Shown one piece after another: positions 1-11,304 of a DNA stretch of 64,000 bases; position 1 is the stretch's first letter; each line of letters opens with the position of its first letter. The position numbers and the translations under genes were made by a program. The stretch is from Balanoglossus misakiensis. Lineage: Eukaryota; Animalia; Hemichordata. The DNA lies in the NCBI GenBank assembly GCA_040954595.2, contig CM082596.2, positions 2,226,999-2,290,998 of the forward strand, written 5' to 3'. The notes below the pieces were generated by a model. That model was not told the DNA's origin and searched no databases. It saw only the letters and a program-made list of their open reading frames with translations.

Positions 1-1060
1 ACATCAAGTGCTGCTACAGCACTCGTAGGTGTTACATGTGCCAATTTTTAATATTTATTCATATTTCCATATTCATATTTTAGTTTTAGTACACAATATG
101 CTCTATCAGAGAGTGTCATAAGGTATAGTAAATTCCTTTGAAAACTTGCAACATTCAGAAAGTAACTTCAATTCAGCTACATAGTGAACTTTTCTCTCTC
201 TCTCTCAGCTACTTGTAGTGGCAGTGGCTATGTACCAGAGGCCTGTTTAGAATGCATTTGTTTTGTTGAAAGCAACTGTTGCATGTTAAGTGGAGGACCT
301 ACTGGCCTTGAGCACTGCGTATATGATGTCACCAGTTACTCATGCGGACCTTATCAAATCAAAGAAGACTATTGGATAGATGCCCAGATGTACGGTGGTA
401 GCTTGATGGGAGGTAAGGTCATAGTTTGTCAGTTTTAACATTACATGGTGATGGGATATACTCTCACACTGTATTACTAGAAAATATTGACAAACACGTT
501 TTTCAATGGACTGGTAGATGCATTGTGAATGCATGGTTGTAGCCTGACACACCATCCTACTCTATACTGCCACCTATAATTTACATATATACCTATATAT
601 GGACAAAGGGAAGTGGTGTGTCTAAATGTTTGAACGATCTGCTAAATTTGAAATTTCCATGGTGACAGTGGTTATTATTGCAAACACATATGTACCTTTA
701 GTATTACCACTGAAAGGATTGTTCAAATAACGCATATTACTGAGATGTACCCAAAAGAATTTGTCTAATTTCCATGTTACAATATACTGTACAGAAAAAC
801 ATATTCTTCCTTGCTTGACAGATTGGGGAACATGCACAGCCGATTGGGGATGCTCAGAAGACTGTGTGAATGGATACATGCAACGATACGCAACTGAGGC
901 CAGACTCGGCACCACACCGACCTGCGAGCATTTCTCTCGTATCCACAACGGCGGACCCAATGGCCACGAAAATCCAAACACCGTCGCTTACTGGGAAAAG
1001 GTTTTGGATTGCCTCAACCAGGGAAGTTGCTGTGAACCGTATCCACCAACTTGGTGTTAA
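1..1060 (+). CDS. Invertebrate-type (i-type/destabilase family) lysozyme, copy 1; 5' end truncated by the window edge. Exons <1-28, 209-412, 822-1060
   Basis: GT-AG phase-1 introns join ...ATCSGSGYVPEACLECICFVES...CVYDVTSYSCGPYQIKEDYWIDA...DWGTCTADWGCSEDCVNGYMQRYA...TCEHFSRIHNGGPNG...YWEKV. The motifs CLxCIC-x-x-ES, SCGPYQIK-x-x-YW and HNGGPxG are hallmarks of i-type lysozyme. Exon 1 (1-28) is less certain. Confidence 0.93.
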
Positions 1061-1237
1061 GAGAATGATCTGTTTCATAAATTTCAAATGTGAGAAAAAA
1101 ATGACAATTCTGGGATTACCCGTATAGATTTTTTTCTTCTCAAATACCAGTGTATACAATTGAATATAGCATATATTGATTAATTGTTGGTGTTCTTTAA
1201 TTTGTCAATGATTATATTCTCTTTGAACTTTGAATGT

Positions 1238-1243
1238 AATAAA
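1238..1243 (+). terminator. Candidate polyadenylation signal of lysozyme copy 1
   Basis: AATAAA about 180 nt after the TAA at 1060. Confidence 0.55.
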
Positions 1244-1867
1244 GATAGCAGAATGTACTAACACATTTTTATGGTTCTGGCCAATAATTGTATGTGTAGT
1301 CATCAGGCTGACATATTTTAGAGGATGCAGCAATGCAACCACTGGCTGCAAATTGCCCCCAAAGTAAAAGTCTCCATAAGATAAGAAACCTAACCATAGT
1401 TAATGTACACCACACATACCACACCACACAAGGTACAGTACACCAATATCTCTCTAAATAGGTCGCTTCTCAGTTTAAAAATATATGCTGGTATCAGCAA
1501 CTGACCCACTTAAAATGCTATTGTTCACTTTGATACACCATTAAATTATATGGGATTTTATTGTTAAGTTCTCACACTATGGATTGGCTGAAGTGATAGA
1601 CAAATTGACCAACCAGCGTAAGGAACATTCTATTTTCCACTTTGAAGGGGAACAGCTAGCTTCATGAAGCACAAGATTCCTTGAACTTGAAAGTTTTGGA
1701 GAAAAGACAGAAAGGGTCACAAGGTGTAAGCGGTCAGTGATGTCAGTGGGTTGAACACTTAACTGCACAAAGTATTTGCATTGTGCGACAAAAAGAAGAT
1801 GAATTTTTATGTCACTATTTAACATTTTGCAGTCTTACCTGTAAATTATGATTGGGCTCTAGAGATA

Positions 1868-1958
1868 ATTTTGTCATAAAATACATATCACAGTTTTCTG
1901 GTCTACTCCTTATTTTGTCATAAAATACATATCACAGTTTTCAGGTCTACTCCTTATT
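1868..1958. repeat. 44-bp tandem duplication just upstream of the lysozyme 2 ATG
   Basis: attttgtcataaaatacatatcacagttttc(t/a)ggtctactcctt occurs at 1868 and 1912 with one mismatch. Confidence 0.9.
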
Positions 1959-1988
1959 GTATCCTGAGAGATCATACAAAACAGTGTG

Positions 1989-3024
1989 ATGTCACGTCTT
2001 GTATTTTTCATTGGCTTGATCGCAGTTGGTAAGTGCAATATTATAGAGTACCAGGTTTCTTGCAGCATCAAATCTAAACTTTATTTAATATTATGGTTTA
2101 TATAATACACAATATTAACAAAATAACATAATTTAATAGTCATCTCAATGCTAAATTTCTAAATGAAAAATGTAATCTGAAGGTCTCTCTCTCTCTCTTG
2201 CACAGTTACTTGTGGTTATGTACCAGATGCCTGTTTAGAATGCATTTGTTTTGTTGAAAGCAACTGTTGCATGTTAAGTGGAGGACCTACTGGCTACGAG
2301 CACTGTGTATATGATGTCACCAGTTACTCCTGTGGACCTTATCAAATCAAAGAAGACTATTGGATAGATGCCCAGATGTATGGCGGTTACTTGATGGGAG
2401 GTAAAGTGCTACGTCATCTAATTAATATCGCTATTCTCTCGCATTGCCCTAATAAGTTGTTATGAATGTTTTCACTTATTGGTATTGGTATTGGAAATGA
2501 GAGCATATTATTACTTTATAAAAAAGTCACTCAGGCTTTCCTGTTTTTCGATCGACTGCCTGACAACCAATCAGAATATATAATAATACTGAAAATAATG
2601 TAAAGTATGACTTCACAAGCATAATCATGGCACATCCCATGTAGCTTATAAGCAATATACTGATATCAGTTGTAGTCAGAGTAATATTCTCAACAAGAAA
2701 TGGAGCTAATAAGAACTTAAATTTCTTATTCATTCCATCTAGACTTCAGTCGAGAACAATTCACACGTTCTTTCTTTTCCCCCAGACTGGTTAACATGCA
2801 CAGCCAATTGGGGATGCTCAGAAGACTGTGTCAACGGATACATGCAACGATACGCAACTGAGGCCAGACTCGGCACAACACCGACCTGCGAGCATTTCTC
2901 TCGTATCCATAACGGCGGACCCAATGGCCACGAAAACCCAAACACCGTCGCTTACTGGGATAAAGTCTCGGACTGCCTCACCCAGGGAAGTTGCTGCAAT
3001 CCATATCCACCGACTTGGTGTTAA
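1989..3024 (+). CDS. Invertebrate-type lysozyme, copy 2, complete, 157 aa. Exons 1989-2028, 2206-2400, 2786-3024
   Basis: Signal peptide MSRLVFFIGLIAVVTCG, then YVPDACLECICFVES...SCGPYQIKEDYWIDA...RIHNGGPNG...CCNPYPPTWC*. All junctions are GT-AG and total 474 nt in frame. ATTAAA at 3155-3160. Confidence 0.95.
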
Positions 3025-3498
3025 AGATTCTGATTTAAAAGAATTAAGATTTTCAGCTATCAAGTTAATCGTTTTCTGCTCTCTTAAATGTGATATTGAT
3101 ATAACTGTAATACAGAACACATAGGAACAACTTCCAAAAACGATAACAAGTTCCATTAAACTTTCTGATGTAATTATAAGATTGTGTATGCGTGTTTAAT
3201 ACTGATACGTCTGAGAATGGTGTTGCTAAGTTCCAGATGGTTTCAAGGGGTTCAGAATGAGATTATGGTGCATCATAAATAACAAGGTCAATATGGCCTA
3301 TATAGCTGCCTGCTGAATTGTATGATATGCCCTCAGTCTGTAACTGGCTTGGGTCGTCCATACAATCACGTGACCTCAAAAGTTATTGTCAATGATGCGG
3401 TCACAGATTGATAACATAGGCATAGACAGTGTCTATGAAAATTAATTAAAAGTAGGCTAGGGGTTCATCTTAAGGCATGCAAGTTATTTTTAGTATCA

Positions 3499-3776
3499 GG
3501 GAATTCCCAAATACATGTATCAAGTCCACCAGCGATGAATCACATCTCACCATGCCATTCTCCGTTCACGAATTTACTGTCTTTGGTTATTTCAATATTG
3601 TAACAAGTATTATTGTTCTTTCTATGATGGAAAAAACCCTCAATGCAATCTCTTTTCTTGAAAAAAAAAAGAGTTACTGGTAATCATTGAACTAGCTCAG
3701 CTTACGGAATAATTATAAGCAAGCTAGGGGATCATGTTTCTATTTTTAGTACAGAATATATGCACTGGAAATTCCC
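3499..3776 (+). promoter_or_regulatory. Two canonical NF-kappaB/Rel sites upstream of caspase-8
   Basis: GGGAATTCCC at 3499-3508 (perfect palindrome) and GGAAATTCCC at 3767-3776. Both precede a candidate non-coding first exon ending at CAG|GTGAGA (3863), with an acceptor AG at 4300-4301. Confidence 0.55.
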
Positions 3777-4321
3777 AAAGTACATTTACTGTGTTAAGTC
3801 TCTAATAATGTAAATTACAAACAGGATCAAGCGCATTTCTGCCGTTTGACAGCCTGTTCTCAGGTGAGACAAGATCCCAGATATATTAACATAGGATACA
3901 CTAACACTCAACAGTGTGAATTTGCATGGGGAATTTGTAAAAACAAGGTCGACAGCAGGGAGGTCTCATCCCGTCAGCCGGCATTGTTCAATGTTGCGAC
4001 TGACACAGTGACATGAATCACGAAGTCTGTTTCTGTACACTCATACGTTTCTGAAAACATTTATTAGTAAGAAACGCGGACAATAGTAACTTTAAAACTG
4101 TTGATCAAATTCAACAGCTGAGAGCTGGAGGGGCGTGGCAACCGTCACGGTGCATTGTGGTCACATTGCACATTCTGGTTGCTACCTGTCGACTTGTCCT
4201 GAGCTGTGTGGTGGATGTATACATGTATGAGGCCATCGACAAATCAAACATGACCCCGTTTTGATAAACAGAAAATGACACAGACTTTTTTCCCTTTTAA
4301 GGTACTAGCACACTTAAAAAA

Positions 4322-6686
4322 ATGGATTTTAAGTACCGTAGAATCCTGAAGAATGTGGATGAAAACTTAGTGGCAAGGGATTTCATACTGTTGAAGTTCC
4401 TCTGCCAGGATTTTATTGCCGATGGAAAGCTGGAGAAAGCTAGGAAACCCAGGGATGTATTCCAGGAGCTTGAACAAAAAGGCTTTCTTGGGCCCGGAGA
4501 AAAACTCTTCTTCCTGGCAGAGTTGCTACAGAGGATTCATAGAGTGGACTTGATTAAGAAACTTGAACTTGGAAGTGTGAAGGATGTGCAGGCAAGATTG
4601 GCAGTAAATAGACCTGGGCCAAAGTTTTCCAGATTCAGGTGTGAGAAACATCTCTGCTCTTCATTTTTAACCTGTTCATTTTGAACTCACAAGACAGTTA
4701 CATCAAATTTCTAATTTTCATTCTGTTAGATTACTTCTGCTGGATATCTGCGACACTTTGACGAGTGAAGACCTGGATTCAATGAAATATGAATGCCAGT
4801 CACTCATAAGCAAAGGCCAACAGGAAAAGATCACACACCCTGCCATGTTGCTGTCCATCCTACAACAAAACGACAACATCAGCGAATATGATGTCAGTTT
4901 CTTAGAAGAGGTGATGGCCTCGGTCGGCAGTAAGGAGATAGTTCAGAAGGTCAGGGAGTACAGAGGTAGGTCTCAACAGGTGCCACACCCATTTAATCAG
5001 CCATCCATTGCATTAGTACACAACTATCATTGTATACGCACACACAAATGATCTTGTAACACTCTGTTCATGTTGTAGCTTCCATAGTAAGGTCTGATGA
5101 TGCCTCAAGTTCAGGTGACTCCCTTGTCGCTATGGAAGGAGCACCACAGATACCCGGAATTCCTGGGAATGTGCCCATTCCGGAGGGACATTGGCCGATA
5201 CAACAACCGGAATATCAAAGACAACAGACACCAGTATTGATGTCACCTGAACACTTCCAGGTACCACCAGAGCGAAGGCCAGAACAACCCTACGCAGAAG
5301 CAGCATGTGCTGAACCAATGGAAATCCATCCAGCAGACGTGAAGCCACAGTGGCAGCAAGGTTATTGATCTTAGATAACATCTCTTGTAAATTTGCACTT
5401 GGAAATTACACGGTATTTTAATCAATTCCCAAAAAGGAAAAAATGTTGATGGCATCTACAAAGTGTGATAAATTTATAAAAACACTATTGATACAATCAC
5501 AGTCATTTTCAGGGTAATTATTACTTACTGGTATTAATTGGCAAAAAATTGCTATTATTTCCATATTTTGTAGCAAAAGTCCAAAGTGCACAGACTCCCC
5601 AGGGGGAGATAGACGAACCCATGACAGAGGCAATGGAGGTACAAAACCCAGCAACAACAGTCCAAGAACAACAAGTCACTAATGTTGAACTGCCACGTTA
5701 TCGTATGGACACTTCACCACTTGGGATATGCGTTATCATCAACAATGAGGATTTCTCACAGGATACCACTATACGTGGAAGCAAGAAGCTGGGATACAGG
5801 GCCGGCAGCTCCAAAGACACGGGTTAGTATGTGCCAGTTGTTTTAGTAGGAGAAGCACATACCCGTAGATAAGCTGCAATGTTTTTTCATACTAATTACA
5901 ACAGCCTGGCTTGTAATACAGTCAAACATGTGTACAAATATACATGTAGTGGAAATTTGCAATCTATAACCACTCCGTTACACGTGCCATTACTAACCAA
6001 TGATTTTTTTAATGCACAAAAAGCCCAGCACACTAAACGCATGCTTGTCTTTTTCAGGTAAGCTATATAAACTCTTCAAGAAACTTGGCTTTGACGTGAA
6101 AGTGAAGGTAAACCTTCCAGCATCTACAATGTTACGTTGTTTGGAGGAAGTAGGAAATCTGGACCATCGTCAGTACAGTTGTTTTGTGTGTTGCATTCTC
6201 ACTCACGGTGCCAAGGATAAAGTGTATGGTTCTGATGGTGTCAGTGTTGACATCAGTGACCTCACAAGTTGCGTCAAGAGCACTCGCTGCAGGAGTCTCG
6301 CCGGCAAACCTAAACTCTTTTTTATGCAAGCGTGCCAAGGGACTGAACATCAAGTTGGAGTGATGGCCACTGATTCTGAATCCGAAGCTGATTACTCGAT
6401 CCCAAATGAAGCCGATTTCCTCCTGGCCTACGCCACTGTGCCGGGATTCGTTTCGTATCGAAGTCCCAGCCAAGGGTCGTGGTTCATAACGATTCTAGAG
6501 AAGTGCATTAAGAAGTACCACGCCCAATGTGATCTTCTCAGTATCATGGTTATTGTCAACGACGAAGTCTCGAGAGGAGTGGCCGAGATCGACGGAAAAG
6601 CCGGCGTCTACAAACAGGTGCCAGCGCCACTGGTTACCCTCCGGAAGAACGTGTATTTTCCCGCAACAGACTTCAAAGCTCAATAG
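4322..6686 (+). CDS. CASP8: Caspase-8-like initiator caspase (DED-DED-linker-CASc), 570 aa. Exons 4322-4638, 4730-4965, 5079-5360, 5574-5822, 6058-6686
   Basis: DED1 (LKFLCQD...LAELLQRIHRVDLI) and DED2 (RLLLLDICDTLTSEDL...). Catalytic domain YRMDTSPLGICVIINN, RAGSSKD, ILTHG, GKPKLFFMQACQG, IPNEADFL, VSYR...GSWFI. The phases of all GT-AG introns are consistent (1713 nt). Confidence 0.93.
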
Positions 6687-7026
6687 ACAGAACTGTTGAA
6701 AACTGACAAATCAGTGAAAACTACTTTCAATTTAAAAGTGAAAAGTTTCAATGTAACAAAGTCGCAGTCATGGTTCTTTGTGCCATGATGATAATTGTAT
6801 TACAATTTTACTCTTTATGCTTTATGAAATTTCGGATTTTCTTTTCCTGTGACACTTGACTACATTTACCTCATATGATGGCTAATAATATGCAAGTTTG
6901 AAGTCATCCATTCAATGTGATGATAATATTCTTTTGCTATTGTGCTGTATGTTTAGTTGCATGATTGAGGAAACAGTAAGTTGGTTAAACCCTGTTCCTC
7001 CATAGACTCTGGTTGCTATAGCAGCA

Positions 7027-7032
7027 AATAAA
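7027..7032 (+). terminator. Candidate polyadenylation signal of caspase-8
   Basis: AATAAA about 340 nt after the TAG at 6686. Confidence 0.5.
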
Positions 7033-9122
7033 TGACTACGCCCACATTCAATACAGAGTATTAAACCCATGTAAAAGTCACACCACAAAAAATAAGTGGC
7101 CTATAAAGGATTTGGAATATGAAAAATAAAACACCTTTACATATAAAAAGGGAAAACATTTGTTTACCTGTTGTGTCTTCGTCTTTGGCAGCGTCACCAT
7201 CGGTCTTTCGTCTAACATAATAGTAAGCCCTCATGGTTGACTTTAGCAACACCAGTCGTTAGCTTTAATATATGATATGAGCTGGAAACTTTCCCATGGC
7301 TGCATGCATGGCAAAATGTAGAAAAATCAAAATGTGAAAGTGTTTCAAAGCGGAGTTTTATCAAAGAATAATATATCATATTCTCAGTAATAAGGCACGA
7401 GATGAAAATCATAATCTGGAATTTTATTGGAAATAATTGATATAGATATTTTTCAACAACAAAAACAAAACAAAACATTTCTGTTAGTTGTATGGAAACA
7501 ATTAGGGAAAATAATATGGTAAAATAAAGCAGCATTTTGTAAACAAAAAACAATTGTGTCTTATTTAAAAATATCAGGAGGAAGATCAGATGCTTTGAAT
7601 GCTGGGAAATGAAAGAAAGTAAAAATAAAATAACAACGCTAAAATCTATTATATATTATTTCCTTCCATGAGATCGAAGCATTTTAAGTTGAATTTTTCT
7701 TGGACAGTGCGAACAAGATGTCTTAAAATTCTAGGCAAAGAAGCTATAACCGCACAATTGCGAAAGGTAATCGTGCAAATATAATAGTACATACAATATA
7801 TTTATAAAAAAATTAAAAATTAATCTTCGGTGAGTTGGTTGTATCATCAGTCAGGTTGTTGTATTTGTGTTTGCTTCATTCGGTGTGATTAAGAAACTCT
7901 TACACAGATTGGATAACATTTCGCGTGTGTGAATTTAAGAACGTTTATCAACCAATCAGGGCCTGTGTTGTATAATGCTTTCAAGTCTGCAAGAGTGTGG
8001 GGTTGATTTATCCCACACTCCCAGCGGCCATGAGTGTGAGAATACATGTAATAAATTCCGCCAAAGAAATGCAGTAAAACAGAAGGAAACCATTGGTGTG
8101 AAGTCTTGTATACAAATATAGCATATTTATGATTCACATAGCTAATACTTTTAATACCATATTAGGCAAAATAAATTATAAGTGCCTCATGAATAGATAA
8201 ATTATGCCATATTTGGATCGATGCATGAAATGACCATGTTTGGGAAAATAACACGAACCTGAGTGTCTGGAACATTGTGAGGTATACTTGCTGCTAGGAT
8301 CTGGGAAGTGCCTTATAAAGAATGAAGACAACCTGATGATTTGATTTTCAGTGAAAGTTGTACAATCTGTACAAGAAATCTACTTTTCTGTGTGTGTTTG
8401 TGCTTTGAATACACAAGTACAAATTATAGCACCAAAGACCATACAAAATAGCACCATAATAAAAGGGTATGCAACATATGAAATCCACCGCATAATAATA
8501 AATAACTGTTGACCTGAAGAGGCTGATTATCGAAGAGTAACAGTACGGGTAATCATGTGACCCAAACTGTCCTATCAGATTAAAAGGTGGCAGTTGCTAT
8601 GTGGAACAACCCTCCAAGTTACTGTAAATTGTGATCGTACCCTCCTCATACATTGCTTTTGAGAATTGCTATCAGTGCAGAGGAGTGAGAGATGGAAATT
8701 GACAAGTCAATGCATTACATTTTTTACTTAATAGAAAGATTTCAGGCAAACTCATTACAGGAGTAAATTTCATTTTAACAACCTTGTGTACTTTGAAAAA
8801 AGAGTGGGTAGAAATTGGAGTTAAAATGGGTTGGAGTCAGTTTAAAATCGGCGGAAGTCCGCGTTAAAATGCAACACTTCATAAAACAGGTAATACAGGT
8901 TTTGTATAAATATGTAAAAAGCTATAAAAGTACTGGATAATCAAACATTTAAGTGAAATAAGTCGTTCAGGCTGAAATGAAAATCTCTTTGTACTACTCT
9001 GACTTCACGATAGGTTCTTTGCACTTGCTTACCTGTACATCCCTTTAATCACAATGGAAAAGTCCTGCGTAAACAACTAGAAACAGCTATGGTCAAACCA
9101 AGAAGACCACGGTATAGGGAAG

Positions 9123-9173
9123 TTCAGGTTGAACACTGACTACTTCTTCAGGTTTAACACTGACTATTTCTTC
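9123..9173. repeat. 24-bp tandem duplication in the region 3' of the collagen stop
   Basis: ttcaggtt(g/t)aacactgacta(c/t)ttc occurs twice. Confidence 0.85.
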
Positions 9174-10315
9174 TAATGCCTGATGAGTTACGTAGAAAAC
9201 ACACAAGTAAAAAACACATCACTGAAGAAAATTTCCACAAAAGTGAAAAGTTACGCTAAGAAATTGCATATGGTAATGTAAAACACATAACAGTATCACA
9301 ACCCTGAGGTAGATGTACAGGATTTGTCATGGAGCAATGCTACAAGTTGTAGACCACTCACCAAACAAGAGCACATTTTCATAGTCAAGAGCAATTATTT
9401 TTACAGACAGGAGTAATCTTTTGAAGGAGAAAAGAAGATATGAAAGGGTACTTTGTAACTCATCAGAAAATTTAGATATTACGATTAAAATTATCCTTCC
9501 ACGTGTCTATATTTCAACATTTTTTCTAACTATTTCTACTCAGAGGGAGAGATGACATTCTATCAAAGTTGTATATCATATTTTGCATATCAACTTTGAA
9601 ATTCGACAAATCCATTGTCATCAGCCTCATGATTTTTTTTTCTTCTTTATAGCACTGTAAATTGATTTAAATACTTTATGCTTTATTTTCCTAGATTAAA
9701 ATTCAAGAACGATACTTTAAATAGCAATTGTTGAAAATGTGTAAATTTTTCTTTCACTGTTAGGACGAAAGCATGGTTCTCATATCGGGTGGCAGAATTA
9801 AGTATTTCAGTCACTTTCTTCATGATTTCTTTTCTGTACTGAGAAAATTACTTGCAGTAATGCCATTCACAAAATAGTTAGGGTGCATGTTTTTACTCAT
9901 ACAACATGATGTTTTTGAAATGATGAGTAATCAAACTCAATCACACATGTATGTTGTTTGAGAATGGTCTATGAAAATTGTACACTAAATTAACTTATTC
10001 TATAAAATGTCCTCATTGGAATAAATTTGAAATAACAGAAGTATAGATTTTTGTTTATACAGAGATACTGCATCTGAAATCAGTCAGTCTACTGACTAAA
10101 AATTAAGTATTCAAAAAATTAAAAAGATCAGTATTCTACAGGAATTTATCAATGCTAGAATGGCTTCTCTTTTGTACAATGGTTCATCTGCTGTACAAAA
10201 AGGGGGTTGAAATTAACCATAAATCATCCCAACTTGAAAACATGCACCTCAACTGAGAATATGTGAAGGCTTATAAAAATAACTTCTATAACCTACTACA
10301 CAGAAGGGGCCAGTG

Positions 10316-11304
10316 TTACTTCTTTTTGACTTTTCCAACTGTATTTTGTACACAGAGTAAAATAAAGTTGTTATTGCACGTGTACTGCTCTTGGCCGAGA
10401 AGTTTGTGGTCTTGAAGAGGACTTGCCTGACCGACATCGTCTATGTTATTTGTTAGCCACTGGTCACAGTAGCTGTGGGTCATTCGGTCACCTTCTGATG
10501 AGGATCCATGCCATATCATTTTTTGAGGCCTGTCAAGAAGGAAGAAAAATACAGCAAACATGAAATGAGAGAGATTTCAAACAAAATCTTCGATGGAAGC
10601 ATCGAGCATCAAATAAAACAAAGTTGCAATATGAGTAACTACACAAATGCTTACCACGTTGGATCTGTCATCACATCTTTGCCATCAAACGAGTATATAT
10701 GAGTTCTTCCATTGAATGCCCCTTCCAATTCAAACATATCATTCCAACTATTGAACAGTAATTCATTCTGCAAAAACAAATGACAGACGTTGGGTGATTA
10801 ATGTTTACATATACATGTACCAACACATGTATCATCAGTAACTAGAGGAAGAGAAGTCAATTAGCCTATTCTGTACCCTACCAAAGGAAAACTGATAGAA
10901 TCTCACACCCAAAGACCTAGATTTATATACACGAGTGGGGGATATTTGTCTCATGTACGGCAGTTGAGTGTGAACCAAAAAAATCCACACTCTCAATTGC
11001 ACACTCCCAGTGGCCAAAAGTTTGAGAAAGGGACTTCTCAATTTGTTAGACATGATCAGGTTTTCAACTCACTAGAACACAAACCACTCACTTTAGCATT
11101 GACAACTGGCGTCTCCCGATCTTCTCTCCTGACAACCGATTTCAAGTCTTGAACCCTGGATGAGAGGAAGGCACGGTAGGTCCCTTGCAAACCGGCGTCT
11201 TCTGCCTGCTTGAAGCACAAGAAGTCAGCTCCGCGCAGACCGTTCATGCCGTTGGATCCAAGACGTGCCCCAGACACGGGGTAATTGGCGGCGAAGAGAT
11301 GCAA
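10316..11304 (-). CDS. Endostatin domain exons of the multiplexin (3 exons)
   Basis: LHLFAAN...[13 protein letters not shown]...[13 protein letters not shown]...IYSFDGKDV...[10 protein letters not shown]...SYCDQW...GQASPL...[12 protein letters not shown]. The four conserved cysteines are present. Confidence 0.96.

Noticed and set aside
622-3156. Minus-strand and alternative-frame ORFs over the lysozyme exons
   Set aside because: Shadow frames that are duplicated only because the lysozyme exons are duplicated.
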